From positions 224,001 through 288,000 of the forward strand of contig CAVRUC010000005.1 in the NCBI GenBank assembly GCA_963724295.1: a DNA stretch of 64,000 nucleotides. Direction: 5' to 3'. The notes below the pieces were generated by a model. That model did no database searches and was not told where the DNA came from. It worked only from the letters and a program-made list of their open reading frames with translations. The position numbers were made by a program, and so were the translations under genes. This DNA is from an uncultured Chloroflexia bacterium. Its GTDB lineage: Bacteria; Chloroflexota; Chloroflexia; Thermomicrobiales; UBA6265. Of the stretch, positions 1 through 9,818 are shown piece by piece. The stretch's first letter is position 1. Each line of letters opens with the position of its first letter.

Positions 1-604
1 CATTCCAGCTTTGCGCGTACGGCATCGTGATGTCGAGCATGCGCTCGCCCGCCGAGCCGATCATCAGTGGAGGGCCGTCGGGCCGCGGTCCCGGCGGCAG
101 GATCTGACAGTCGTCGAGGTCGTAGTAATCGCCGTGAAAATCAAACGCTTCGCCCCGCAGCAAACGGCGGATGATCGTGAACGCCTCTTCGAAGCGGGAG
201 ACGCGGTGGTCGTAGGGGAAACCGAATGCCGCGTATTCGCTCTCGTTCCACCCGGCGCCCAGCCCCAGGATGAGTCGGCCGCCGGACACCTCGTCCAGGG
301 TGGCTGCCTTCTTGGCGATCATCGCCGGGTTATGAAATGACGTGCAGGCTACCAGGGGACCGATCTCCACGCGCTCGGTGATCGCGGCCAGCGCTGCCAT
401 CACCGTCCAGGCCTCCCAGGGTCCTCGCGCCGCCTGGTCACCGTCGCGGAAGATGAGGTGGTCACCGACCCAGATCGAGTCGTAGCCGAGTGCTTCGGCC
501 GTCATCGCCATGCGTGCCAGGTCGCTCCACGGTGCGACACGCTCCACCTCCGGGAGCTGCACCCCAATTTTCAGAGGACGCCTCCGCGATGTTTCAGCCG
601 GCAT
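1..604 (-). CDS. LLM-class flavin/F420-dependent oxidoreductase (3' end beyond window edge)
   Basis: Manual translation from ATG at 604 (GGAGGAG RBS upstream) gives MPAETSRRRPLKIGVQLPEVERVAPWSDLARMAMTAEALGYDSIWVGDHL, a typical LLM N-terminus; paralogous to 58254..59204. Confidence 0.85.
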   Translation of the reverse strand, partial: MPAETSRRRPLKIGVQLPEVERVAPWSDLARMAMTAEALGYDSIWVGDHLIFRDGDQAARGPWEAWTVMAALAAITERVEIGPLVACTSFHNPAMIAKKAATLDEVSGGRLILGLGAGWNESEYAAFGFPYDHRVSRFEEAFTIIRRLLRGEAFDFHGDYYDLDDCQILPPGPRPDGPPLMIGSAGERMLDITMPYAQSWN

Positions 605-685
605 TCGTCTCTCCTCCGTTAGCCCCCGCCCGTTCCCCAAGAAGGCCATCAACCTCATCATGTTCAGCAAGTTTGAATTGCCGGC

Positions 686-1417
686 TCAGTCGATCTCCAT
701 ACCGCGTAGCCGCCACACGGCGAGGAGCAGGCAGACCGCAGCAACCACCAGCATCGTCAGCGCCGCGTTCGACGCCATTGCGAAATCGTCACCGAGGATG
801 CCTTCGAACACCTGTAGGGCATGCTCTCGGCTGGAGATAGCCTGCACCCCCGGCAGGAACCGGCCGAGCAGGCTCTCCCAGGCAAAGATGTAGATCATGC
901 CGGCCAGCAACGCCCGCGGGATGACCAGGCTGACGAGCAGAAAGACCGCGCCCAGCAGTGCCGCCGCGGCGGCCGACGCTGCAGCCATGGCCACCAGAAT
1001 ACGCCCCAGATCCCCGGCTCCCGGTACCTGGGCAGCGATCAGCATCGTCACCGCCAGACCGCCAAGCAACGCCGGGATGGTAACCAACAGCACTGCCGCG
1101 TATTTACCGAGCACCAGCCGCAGCCGGCTGACCGGCTTCATCACCAGATAGGGCAGCGTGCCGTCTTCCAGCTCGTTGCCGAACGCGGCCGTCGCCGGTA
1201 GAAGCACCACGATCGGCAACAGCGTCGGCACGATCAGCTCCCGGAAGAGATCGATCGCGAACTCGCTTGGTGTGACTTCCCAGGGTCGCGCCACGTAGAT
1301 CGCCGCGAACAGCGCCGGGATCAGGCTCAACGCCAGCACCAGTCGCGCGGTACGGCCGCCGGTGAACTGGCGCACCGTCAGCGTGGTGACCGGCAGCAAT
1401 CGCCACAACGCGACCAT
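686..1417 (-). CDS. ABC-2 type transporter permease
   Basis: Multiple hydrophobic helices, ELEDGTLPYLVMKPVSR...GKY motif; last gene of the ABC operon. Confidence 0.85.
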   Translation of the reverse strand: MVALWRLLPVTTLTVRQFTGGRTARLVLALSLIPALFAAIYVARPWEVTPSEFAIDLFRELIVPTLLPIVVLLPATAAFGNELEDGTLPYLVMKPVSRLRLVLGKYAAVLLVTIPALLGGLAVTMLIAAQVPGAGDLGRILVAMAAASAAAAALLGAVFLLVSLVIPRALLAGMIYIFAWESLLGRFLPGVQAISSREHALQVFEGILGDDFAMASNAALTMLVVAAVCLLLAVWRLRGMEID

Positions 1418-1420
1418 GGC

Positions 1421-2416
1421 TCAGGAGCCCACCAGATACGAGAAGACCGACGCCAGCGACTCGTCGACGGGCTGGATCTCGAACAAGCGGACGCCTTCCC
1501 GTCGCGCCACCTCCGGCACCAGTCGGCCGAACTGCCGGACATCGTTCGTCTCGGCGATCAGCCTCCCGTCGGCCATCCGGACCGAAGTCGTTACCGGCTC
1601 GACGACGAGCGCCGCCGCCAGTCGCCGCGGATCATCGCAACGGATGCGAACCACGTGATCTCGCTCGTCCATCCGCTCCCGGATCGTCCGGAAATCGCCG
1701 GCGGCGGCCAGCTTGCCGTTGACGATGACCAGCACGTTGCGGGCGAAGCGTTCAACCTCGGACAGGACGTGCGAGGAGACGACGACAGTCTTCCCCTCGT
1801 CGCCGAGCCGCCGGATCAGTGCGATCAGGCTGGCTCGCTGCACCGGGTCGGTGCCATTCAGCGGCTCGTCGAGCAGCAGTACCCGCGGGTCGTGCACGAG
1901 CGCCGCCGCCACCTTGATCCGCTGCCGCATCCCCTTCGAGTAGCCGCCGACGGACCGGTCAGCCGCGTCCGCCATGTCGACCAGGGCGATGGTGCGCTCG
2001 GTCGCCAGCTCCGGGTTTGGGGTCTTTTGCAAGATCGCATTCAGGCGCACGAACTCCCGGCCCGTAAGTGGGCCGTAGAGCTGCTCCTGCTCACCGGCGA
2101 GGCCAATATGCCGATAGGTGGCCGTGTCACCAGGGACGGTCCGGTCGAGCACCTGTACAGTTCCGTTCGAGGGGCGAATCAGACCGGAGACCAGGTTGAG
2201 GATTGTCGATTTTCCGGCGCCGTTCGGGCCGAGGAGCGCCGTGACTCCCGCGCCGATGCCGAAGGTCAGGTCGGAAACCGCTACGACGTCGCCATACCAT
2301 TTGGCGACGCCGCGCAGCGCAATAACAGCCTCGGCGTCAGGCGGCAGACCCGGCAGGTCGTTCGAAACCGGCTCGATCGACGCCTGAATCGGGTTCTCGC
2401 TCGGCGTCTCAGTCAC
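1421..2416 (-). CDS. ABC transporter ATP-binding protein
   Basis: Walker A GPNGAGKS, signature YSKGMRQR, Walker B LLLDEP, SSH switch. Confidence 0.95.
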   Translation of the reverse strand: MTETPSENPIQASIEPVSNDLPGLPPDAEAVIALRGVAKWYGDVVAVSDLTFGIGAGVTALLGPNGAGKSTILNLVSGLIRPSNGTVQVLDRTVPGDTATYRHIGLAGEQEQLYGPLTGREFVRLNAILQKTPNPELATERTIALVDMADAADRSVGGYSKGMRQRIKVAAALVHDPRVLLLDEPLNGTDPVQRASLIALIRRLGDEGKTVVVSSHVLSEVERFARNVLVIVNGKLAAAGDFRTIRERMDERDHVVRIRCDDPRRLAAALVVEPVTTSVRMADGRLIAETNDVRQFGRLVPEVARREGVRLFEIQPVDESLASVFSYLVGS

Positions 2417-3281
2417 GACGCTGATACCAGGCGAACATCACCGCGCAGCAGATGGCGATTACCACCGCCATCACCCCGAGCGGTGCATTGAGCGGGAGGT
2501 CATGGCCGAGGTCGGATTCGCCGAATAGCTGGCCAACCAGCGTGGCTATCGTCCGCGAAGGACTGATGACAACCGCCCAGCGCGCCAGTTCGGATTCATC
2601 GCTGAACGCCTCCAGGATCGCGATTGCGAGCGATTCCGAGAGCACGAAGCCGAGAATGATCACGCCGACGGCGACACTCTTGCGGCCGGTGAACGATGAG
2701 ATCGCCAACCCGATCGCGCCCAGATAAAACGCGATCATCGTTCCGGCGACGACAATGCGGCCGAGATCGCCGAGGCTGGCTCTCAGTGCCGGCAGCGGCT
2801 CCGGCGCTAGCAATCCGTTGCCAAGCCAGAGTACGACGGCCGGCAGAAGCGACATCGACAACGTGAGTAATCCGGTGGCCAGGAGCTTGGCGAGCACGTA
2901 TGAGCCGCGCCCGATCGGGCGAGAGAAATAGAGCGGCAGCAACCGGTCGTGGCGATCGCTGGACATCATCTCCGGTGCGATCAGCGCGACGAAGATGCCC
3001 ACCAGTAAGAAGATGGCGCCAAAGAACTCCGGGTAAGCCAGAAATTCGAACGCGGGGAAGAACGCTCGGATGCCAATGGAGATCAAGACCGGGATTGCCA
3101 CCGCCGCGTAGAGCAGGATCGGGATGATCTTCGCCGTCCACGGTCTGCGCATCCCGAGCGAGCGTGCCATCGAGTAGCGCGCCAGCGCCCACATGGCGTG
3201 CGCCTGACCCAGGCGGGGACCGTCGTAGTGGTGGTACCCCCGGTCGAAGATCTCGCCGTATTGACTCGGCGCGGCACTCAT
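2409..3281 (-). CDS. ABC-2 type transporter permease
   Basis: Hydrophobic helices, DRHDRLLPLYFSRP...AK motif; overlaps both neighbouring genes. Confidence 0.85.
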   Translation of the reverse strand: MSAAPSQYGEIFDRGYHHYDGPRLGQAHAMWALARYSMARSLGMRRPWTAKIIPILLYAAVAIPVLISIGIRAFFPAFEFLAYPEFFGAIFLLVGIFVALIAPEMMSSDRHDRLLPLYFSRPIGRGSYVLAKLLATGLLTLSMSLLPAVVLWLGNGLLAPEPLPALRASLGDLGRIVVAGTMIAFYLGAIGLAISSFTGRKSVAVGVIILGFVLSESLAIAILEAFSDESELARWAVVISPSRTIATLVGQLFGESDLGHDLPLNAPLGVMAVVIAICCAVMFAWYQRRD

Positions 3282-4261
3282 CGCTTGCTCACCCGCTGTT
3301 GGCCGCGCTCGCCGCCGGTCCCGGCGCCAACCGAGTCAACGTAGAGATCTTCCAGCGATCGCTTCGCCGGTCGCAACAGGCGCAGTGACGAGCCGGTTAT
3401 GGCGGCGGCATCCCGGATCGCATCCAGCGCCCCGTCGCCATTGCGGGCGACGATGAACTCATCGGACGTGTACTCGATCCCGGCCGGTCTGGATGCCAGA
3501 CCCACTTCCTCCAGGCGTTTCAGAAACGGACCAGGGTCGCCGTCGACGCGCACGTGCAGGTCCGCCGTCTCGTCGTCCGGCACGTGCAGTGGCTGGGATG
3601 CTACGACTTGCCCGCCATCGAGCACGACCACGTAGTCGCAGACCCGCTCCACATCGTCGAGGATGTGCGATGAGAGCACCACCAGGATGCCGAGCTGCCG
3701 GTTGATACGGCCAATCAGGTCGAGCATCTCCTCCCGGCCGAGTGGATCGAGGCCGTTCGTCGGTTCGTCCAGAAACACCAGCTCCGGATCGTGCACGATC
3801 GCCTGCGCGAGCTTGACCCGCTGTTTCATGCCCGTCGAGAACCCCTTGACCAATCGGTAGCGCTCTTCATCCAGACCGACCTGGTAGAGCACATCGGCCG
3901 CCCGCTGTCGCGCGGCGCGGTGTGGCAACCCGCTCATCTCCGCCATGTGTGAGACGAAATCGGCGGCGGTGGCGTTGTCGGGCAGGGTGTCGGTCTCGGG
4001 CATGTAGCCAACCCGCATCCGCAACTGGCGACCATCGGCAATCGCATCACGTCCCAACACCCGCGCCCTGCCGCCATTTGGGCGGGAGAGTCCGAGCAGA
4101 ATCTTGAGCAGCGTCGATTTTCCGGCCCCGTTCGGACCCAACAACCCAACCGCCGCCCGCGGCACCGCGAGATCGACGTTGTCGAGCGCCACGACCGAGC
4201 CGTAGCGCTTCACGAGCCCTGCCGTCTCGATGCTCAACGCGCGGTCAGGTTCGCTACCCAT
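3278..4261 (-). CDS. ABC transporter ATP-binding protein
   Basis: [26 protein letters not shown]. Confidence 0.95.
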   Translation of the reverse strand: MGSEPDRALSIETAGLVKRYGSVVALDNVDLAVPRAAVGLLGPNGAGKSTLLKILLGLSRPNGGRARVLGRDAIADGRQLRMRVGYMPETDTLPDNATAADFVSHMAEMSGLPHRAARQRAADVLYQVGLDEERYRLVKGFSTGMKQRVKLAQAIVHDPELVFLDEPTNGLDPLGREEMLDLIGRINRQLGILVVLSSHILDDVERVCDYVVVLDGGQVVASQPLHVPDDETADLHVRVDGDPGPFLKRLEEVGLASRPAGIEYTSDEFIVARNGDGALDAIRDAAAITGSSLRLLRPAKRSLEDLYVDSVGAGTGGERGQQRVSKR

Positions 4262-4322
4262 GGTTTTCCATCAACACAAGCGAGGTCATCCCGGCCGGAG
4301 TCTACAGTGGCGCTCATCCCTC

Positions 4323-4493
4323 GTGTCACCCAGACGTGTCATCCCATCGCGCCATCCGCCGTCGCGCCACCCAATGTCGCTTCACCCACCGCCGTGTCAT
4401 CCACCGTCGTGTCATCCCGAGGAACGAGGGATCTCGTTCGTTCGCGAGGCCAAGAGCCGCAACCGGTCTTCTCACTTTCGCTCGGAATGACAC
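4323..4493. repeat. REP-like palindromic element (GTGTCATCCCGAG...CTCGGAATGACAC) preceded by a degenerate ~15-nt tandem array of its own terminus
   Basis: Terminal inverted repeats at 4409-4421 and 4481-4493; related copies at 16593, 20048 and 62257. Confidence 0.75.
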
Positions 4494-4681
4494 GCCCTTC
4501 CCGCCCAGTCTGGAAGCGTACCCTCCCCAAACGGCTAGGCCGCGCTTCCCCCACATCGGCGATGGCGCGCGGCGCCGAGCTCCCTAGGCTGGTCATGTCG
4601 CCGCACTCGCGGCGCACCTGGATTTCATGACAGGGGAGTGGCCCGCTCCAGCGCGGTCGCTCGAAGCAAGGAGCACCATCG

Positions 4682-5614
4682 ATGTCAACCACACTCAATT
4701 CCTCGTCGCTACTGGCAAGTGTCTCCGACGAGCTCGCCGGGGCAGTCGAACGCGCCGGGGCAGCCGTCGTCACGGTCGATGGTCGTCGCCGCCACCCGGC
4801 CAGTGGGATCGTCTGGACCGCTGACGGCCTGATCGTCACCGCCAATCACGTGGTAGAGCGGGACGAGGAACTCGAGATCGGTCTTCCCGACGGACGAAGC
4901 GTCGCCGCTGAGCTTGTCGGCCGGGACCCCGGCAGCGATCTTGCGCTGCTCCGCGTCGCTGCCTCCGACGTGGCGCCGCTGCCGCGCTCGACCGTCGAGC
5001 CGAGGGTCGGTCATATCGCCCTGGCAATCGGCCGGCCGGGACCCAGCGGCGTTATGGCCTCGCTGGGAGTGGTTAGCGCGGTCGGCGGCCCGTTGCGCTT
5101 CCGCGGCGGCGCCTCCCTCGATCGCTATGTCCAGGCCGATGTCGCGATGTTGCCGGGGTTCTCAGGCGGGCCCCTGGTCGACAGTACCGGCAACGTGATT
5201 GGATTGAACTCCTCGACCCTGGGCCGCGCCGGACAGTTGACGGTGCTGGCGGCCACGATCGACGCCACCGTAGCCACGCTGCTTCAGCATGGTCGAGTCC
5301 GCCGCGGGTATCTTGGCGTCGGCGCTCAGGGCGTTCGCCTACCGGAGGCCCTGGCTCGCGCGCTCGATAATGGTCAGGAACTTGGTCTGCTCATCGTCTC
5401 CGTCGAAGCCGGCGGTCCCGCGGACACGGCCGGGTTGATGCTTGGCGACGTCATCCTGGCCGTCGACGGCACAGTAGTCGGTCAGGTGGAGCAGCTTCAG
5501 GAGCAACTCGCGGGAGATCGCGTTGGCAAGAGCATCCCGATCCGCATCGCCCGCGGGGGCGAGCCACGCGAGATCGCGGTCACCGTCGGCGAGCGCCAGC
5601 GCCAGGCCGAATAG
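4682..5614 (+). CDS. HtrA/DegP-like S1C serine protease with PDZ domain, no signal peptide
   Basis: TANHVV, DLALL and PGFSGGP catalytic motifs; C-terminal PDZ (GYLGV...AGLMLGDVIL). Confidence 0.9.
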   Translation: MSTTLNSSSLLASVSDELAGAVERAGAAVVTVDGRRRHPASGIVWTADGLIVTANHVVERDEELEIGLPDGRSVAAELVGRDPGSDLALLRVAASDVAPLPRSTVEPRVGHIALAIGRPGPSGVMASLGVVSAVGGPLRFRGGASLDRYVQADVAMLPGFSGGPLVDSTGNVIGLNSSTLGRAGQLTVLAATIDATVATLLQHGRVRRGYLGVGAQGVRLPEALARALDNGQELGLLIVSVEAGGPADTAGLMLGDVILAVDGTVVGQVEQLQEQLAGDRVGKSIPIRIARGGEPREIAVTVGERQRQAE

Positions 5615-5630
5615 AGCGGACACCATTGAT

Positions 5631-6551
5631 ATGTCGATGACTCTCGAACGCGAGCAAACAGTTGCGGTTACGTCACCGGTCGCGCCGGCCCTTGCCGGGC
5701 TGGCGCTCTCCGAAGCGATCGCCGACGTCGCGGCGGAAATCAAGCCATCGGTCGTGCTCGTCGGTCACGGCGGTAGCCACGGCGCCGGTGTCATCTGGCG
5801 CTCCGACGGCATCGTCGTCACGAATCGTCACGTGATCCGGGACGATCGTGTCGACGTGATCCTCGACGATGGTCGCAAGTTCACCGGCATCGTCGCCGCC
5901 CGTCACCCGGACCGCGACCTCGCCGTCGTCAAAATCGCCGCCGATGATCTGCCCGCCGCCCGCCTTGGCGATTCCAGCACCGTACGGCCGGGTCAAATCG
6001 CCATCGCGGTCGGTCACCCGCCGGGCCTGCGTAGTGCGGCGACCGCCGGCATCATCGTCGCTGCCGGACAAGCCGCTACGCTCGAAGGTCCGCGCACCGG
6101 AGACTGGCTCCAGACCGACGTCACGTTGCGTCCCGGCAACTCGGGGGGTCCGCTCGTCGATGCGCGAGGAGGCGTCATCGGCATCAACACCATGGTCAGC
6201 GGCCGCCTGGCATTATCGATTCCCAGCTCGGCCGTGGAGCGGTTCGTTGCTGGCGAGCGTCCCGGCGATCCTCGCGCCTGGCTCGGTCTGCACGGACTCG
6301 CCGTCCCGTTGCGGCTGCCCGGGTACGACGCCGGATTCTTGTTGACCGAAATCGCCGAGGGTTCGCCCGCGGACCGAGCGGGCCTGATCGTCGGTGATAT
6401 CGTCGTCACGATCGGCGAGACAGAGGTCGTGGACGCCGAGTCGGTGCCCGCGGCCGTACTCCGCCTGAACCCCGGCCAGGCCGTGGAGATCGGAATCCTG
6501 CGCGGTGGCGAGCCGAGACGCTTCACGGTGGTCCCCACGGAGCACCTGTGA
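5631..6551 (+). CDS. HtrA/DegP-like S1C serine protease with PDZ domain, no signal peptide
   Basis: TNRHVI, DLAVV, PGNSGGP; PDZ domain; start re-called to ATG 5631. Confidence 0.9.
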   Translation: MSMTLEREQTVAVTSPVAPALAGLALSEAIADVAAEIKPSVVLVGHGGSHGAGVIWRSDGIVVTNRHVIRDDRVDVILDDGRKFTGIVAARHPDRDLAVVKIAADDLPAARLGDSSTVRPGQIAIAVGHPPGLRSAATAGIIVAAGQAATLEGPRTGDWLQTDVTLRPGNSGGPLVDARGGVIGINTMVSGRLALSIPSSAVERFVAGERPGDPRAWLGLHGLAVPLRLPGYDAGFLLTEIAEGSPADRAGLIVGDIVVTIGETEVVDAESVPAAVLRLNPGQAVEIGILRGGEPRRFTVVPTEHL

Positions 6552-7174
6552 CCGAGGGCCAGGGGGCTCGTCTGCGCGTCCTGGTGGTCGCCGCGTACCC
6601 GGCATTGCGCGCCGGATTGGTCTCGCTCCTGGCCAGCGATCGACTGTTGGAGCCGATAGCGACTGAGGGGGTAGAGCTTGGCGATGCCGGCTCTGCCCCC
6701 TCCGCGATCGTTGTCGACTACTCCGCCGGCGAGCCCGAGGAGGTCCTCTCCATCGCCGAGACGTTCCCGCAATCCGCGCTCGTCATGATCGGCGCGGACC
6801 CCGCGACCGACGGCCCAGGCCTCTCGGGCGCTCCGGTCGCCTATCTCCCCAGCGACGTCGACGCGGCGGCCCTGACCGCGGCGGTCCGAGCCGCCGCCTC
6901 AGGTCTCATTGTCCTCGACCCGACCGTCGCCGGAGCGACCGGCGTCCACACTCATACCCGGACCAGTGACAGTGCAGAAACGCTGACCGCGCGGGAGCGG
7001 GAGGTGCTCTTGCTCGTGGCTGAGGGCTTACCCAACAAGGCTATTGCCCGCGAGCTCGGCATCAGCGAGCACACCGCCAAGTTTCACGTCGGCTCGCTGC
7101 TCGGGAAGCTCGGCGCCGCTAGCCGCACCGAAGCCGTGACCCTCGCCACCCGCCGCGGCATCCTTCCGGTCTGA
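6548..7174 (+). CDS. NarL/LuxR-family response regulator with degenerate receiver
   Basis: C-terminal LTAREREVL...GLPNKAIARELGISEHTAKFHV HTH; GTGA overlap with the upstream protease. Confidence 0.9.
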   Translation: MTEGQGARLRVLVVAAYPALRAGLVSLLASDRLLEPIATEGVELGDAGSAPSAIVVDYSAGEPEEVLSIAETFPQSALVMIGADPATDGPGLSGAPVAYLPSDVDAAALTAAVRAAASGLIVLDPTVAGATGVHTHTRTSDSAETLTAREREVLLLVAEGLPNKAIARELGISEHTAKFHVGSLLGKLGAASRTEAVTLATRRGILPV

Positions 7175-7218
7175 CTAGAACCGAGTCAACTCGCAGCGTG
7201 AACCACCGAAGTGCGTTC

Positions 7219-7260
7219 CCCCTCTCCCAGCGCACTGGGAGAGGGGCTAGGGGTGAGGGC
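7219..7260. repeat. REP-like hairpin CCCCTCTCCCAG-CGCA-CTGGGAGAGGGG with GGGGTGAGGG tail; probable bidirectional terminator
   Basis: Perfect 12-bp stem at 7219-7246 between convergent genes. Confidence 0.7.
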
Positions 7261-7264
7261 CGCT

Positions 7265-8461
7265 TCAGTACGCCTGGATCGTCTCCGCCAGCCTGCGCAT
7301 CGCCTCGGCGATCCGCTCCTCCGGCTGCGCCGAGAAGTTCAAGCGCATCGAGCGAGTCCAGGAGCGGTCGGGGTAGAACCACGAGCTTGGCAGGTAGATG
7401 ACACCGCGGTCGGTCGCATCCGGGAGCATGGCGTCGGTCTCGAACTGGTCGGGCAACGTGACCCACAGAAAGAACCCGCCTCGAGGGGTCGTCCAGTGAA
7501 CGCCCGCCGGCATCTCCCGCGCCAGTCCAGCCAGCATGGCATCTCGACGGGCGCGATAGACCTCCTTCGTGGCGGCGATGTGCTCGTCGAGAAAACCGAG
7601 CGCGGAGTGATAGACCGTGCGGGTCATGATCCGCTCGTTGTGAATGTCGGTGCCCTCTTTGACGTTGAAGAACGCCTCGCGCAGCCGTGGCGATGAGGCG
7701 ACCCACCCGACGCGCAACCCCGGCGCCAGCACTTTGGAGAATGTGCCGAGGAAGATAACCTCAGGGTCGAGTGACTTCAGCGTCGGTGGCGGATCCCCGT
7801 CATACGAGAGCTCCCCGTACGGGTCGTCCTCGACGATGACCAGACCTCGCTCCCCGGCCAGGTCAACCAGCGCGCGCCGTCGCGCGTTCGACATGGAGAC
7901 ACCCATCGGGTTCTGGTAGGTCGGTATCGTGTAGAGAAATTTCGGGCGCCTTGGCAGGTGATCGAGCAGCGTGGCCAGCGCGTCGACCTGGAGCCCTTCT
8001 TCGTCGACGGGCACCCCGACCGGTTCCGCCTCGTGCGAGCGGAAGACGCGCAGGGCGTCCATGAAGGTCGGTTCCTCAGTCAGCACGATATCGCCTGGAT
8101 CGATAAAGATGCGCGCCGCCAGATCGATCCCTTGCTGCGCGCCATTGGTGATCAGGACGTCGGCGGGGTCGACAATCGCTCCCCGGGCCGCCATCCGCTC
8201 CGCGATCAGCTCCCGCAGTGGCCGGTAGCCTTTCACCTCGCCGTAGAGGAGGGTCTCCGCGCCATCGGCCCAGGCGCGGTCAGCCCCTTCGCGCAGTCGG
8301 GCCACCGGAATGGCTTCAGTTGGCGGCACGCCGCCGCCAAAGAAGACCGCCTCCGGGTTCCGTTCCGCCATCCGGTCGACCCACGGCCAGACCGAGGCCG
8401 CAAATGGCTCGATCCTCCGGGAAGTCTCCGCGCTTTGCTGCCCTTGCACAGTACCGGTCAC
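7265..8461 (-). CDS. PLP-dependent class I/II aminotransferase (LysN/MocR-AT-like)
   Basis: TNGAQQG, YQNPMG, EDDPYGEL, GTFSKVLAPGLRVGW. Confidence 0.92.
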   Translation of the reverse strand: MTGTVQGQQSAETSRRIEPFAASVWPWVDRMAERNPEAVFFGGGVPPTEAIPVARLREGADRAWADGAETLLYGEVKGYRPLRELIAERMAARGAIVDPADVLITNGAQQGIDLAARIFIDPGDIVLTEEPTFMDALRVFRSHEAEPVGVPVDEEGLQVDALATLLDHLPRRPKFLYTIPTYQNPMGVSMSNARRRALVDLAGERGLVIVEDDPYGELSYDGDPPPTLKSLDPEVIFLGTFSKVLAPGLRVGWVASSPRLREAFFNVKEGTDIHNERIMTRTVYHSALGFLDEHIAATKEVYRARRDAMLAGLAREMPAGVHWTTPRGGFFLWVTLPDQFETDAMLPDATDRGVIYLPSSWFYPDRSWTRSMRLNFSAQPEERIAEAMRRLAETIQAY

Positions 8462-9261
8462 GCTCGCTGGTCCTCGCCGTCACTCGAGTCGCTGGAGTCC
8501 TCGGGATCAGTCAGCTCGATCTCTAATCGCTTATTGGCCTTCCCCTTGGAGCGGGTCCCGACGACACGCAGTGTTCCGACTTCTCGCGTATTGGAGACAT
8601 GCGTTCCACCGTCCGCCTGCAGATCGAGCCCGACGATCTCGACCGTCCGCACCTCTGGGATCCCCTCTGGTAGCAGGTTGATCTTGGTCCGGATCAGATC
8701 CGGGATCTGGAATGCTTCGTCGCGAGGCAAGATTTGAACGCGCACGTCCCTGCCGGCCCGCAGCTCCTCATTCGCACTGCGCTCGATCTCCGCCACCCGC
8801 GCCGGGGTAAAGTCGGCGGAATCCATCTCGAAATCCATCCGCGCCCGGTCCGGTCCCATATTGCCCCCGGTGACGAGCGCGCTGTAGTCGCGGAAGACAA
8901 CCCCGCACAGGACGTGCAACGCGGTGTGCATGCGCATGAGCCGATGGCGTCGCTCCCAATCAAGCTCGACCCGCACGCGATCCCCCGCGTCCGGCAGTGG
9001 TTCATCGCCGCCGGCTTCGTGCCAGACGACGCCTCCACTCTTGCTCGCCGAGACCAACGGCCATTGCAGGCCATCCGCGATGCGTGTCAGCGTCCCTTCA
9101 TCGGTCGGCTGCCCGCCCCCACCGGGGAACACGATCGTCTTGTTGAGCGCGACCAGCCGGGACTCAGGCTCGACGCCGACCACTGTCGCCTCCACCAAGC
9201 GCAGCCCGCTGTCACGCTGATAGAGCAGCTCCGTATCGGGCAGCGCGCGATCGTCGTTCAT
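8458..9261 (-). CDS. alaX: Alanyl-tRNA editing protein (AlaX family)
   Basis: PGGGGQPTD, MRMHTALH zinc motif, DLQADGGTHV. Confidence 0.9.
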   Translation of the reverse strand: MNDDRALPDTELLYQRDSGLRLVEATVVGVEPESRLVALNKTIVFPGGGGQPTDEGTLTRIADGLQWPLVSASKSGGVVWHEAGGDEPLPDAGDRVRVELDWERRHRLMRMHTALHVLCGVVFRDYSALVTGGNMGPDRARMDFEMDSADFTPARVAEIERSANEELRAGRDVRVQILPRDEAFQIPDLIRTKINLLPEGIPEVRTVEIVGLDLQADGGTHVSNTREVGTLRVVGTRSKGKANKRLEIELTDPEDSSDSSDGEDQRA

Positions 9262-9818
9262 TTCTCGTCCCGTTGACGTCAGTTGACCTGTTTGGCGTGG
9301 CCGCGATCACAATTGTCCCTTGAGTTGGCCGGTTGCGCTACATCGGTCACCTGCTTGCCCCAACGTCACCCGCTTGATATGATCGCCTCAGCATGTACGT
9401 ACACCCCCGTGAGTACCGCCCCGCTCGTGAAATCTCATCGGCTGATGAAGGTAGGGGCGGCGAATGGAACGGTCACTCCGTGTCTCTGGCGAGCACGCGC
9501 GCTTGGACTCGCACTCGACGGTCAGCAGCGCCGACGCGGTGTCGCGACAATCGGTGCTGGCGACGGCGGTCGGCGCGTCATACGCCTTCGATCCCGGAGT
9601 TGACGGTCTGGCCAGCATCTATGCCGCTCGCGTGCTGGAACGGGGGATCGATCCCCGCGCCCTCTGCGCCGACATCCGCGCCGACCGCCAGGGACTTGTC
9701 GATCGGGGACCGCAACGGCGAGCACTAATGGCACGGACCCGCACGTCACGCTTCGGTCGCGGCACAGCCGTGCACCTGCGCTTCCAGGTCTCCGCAAAGC
9801 GAACCGTCCCGAGCGACC

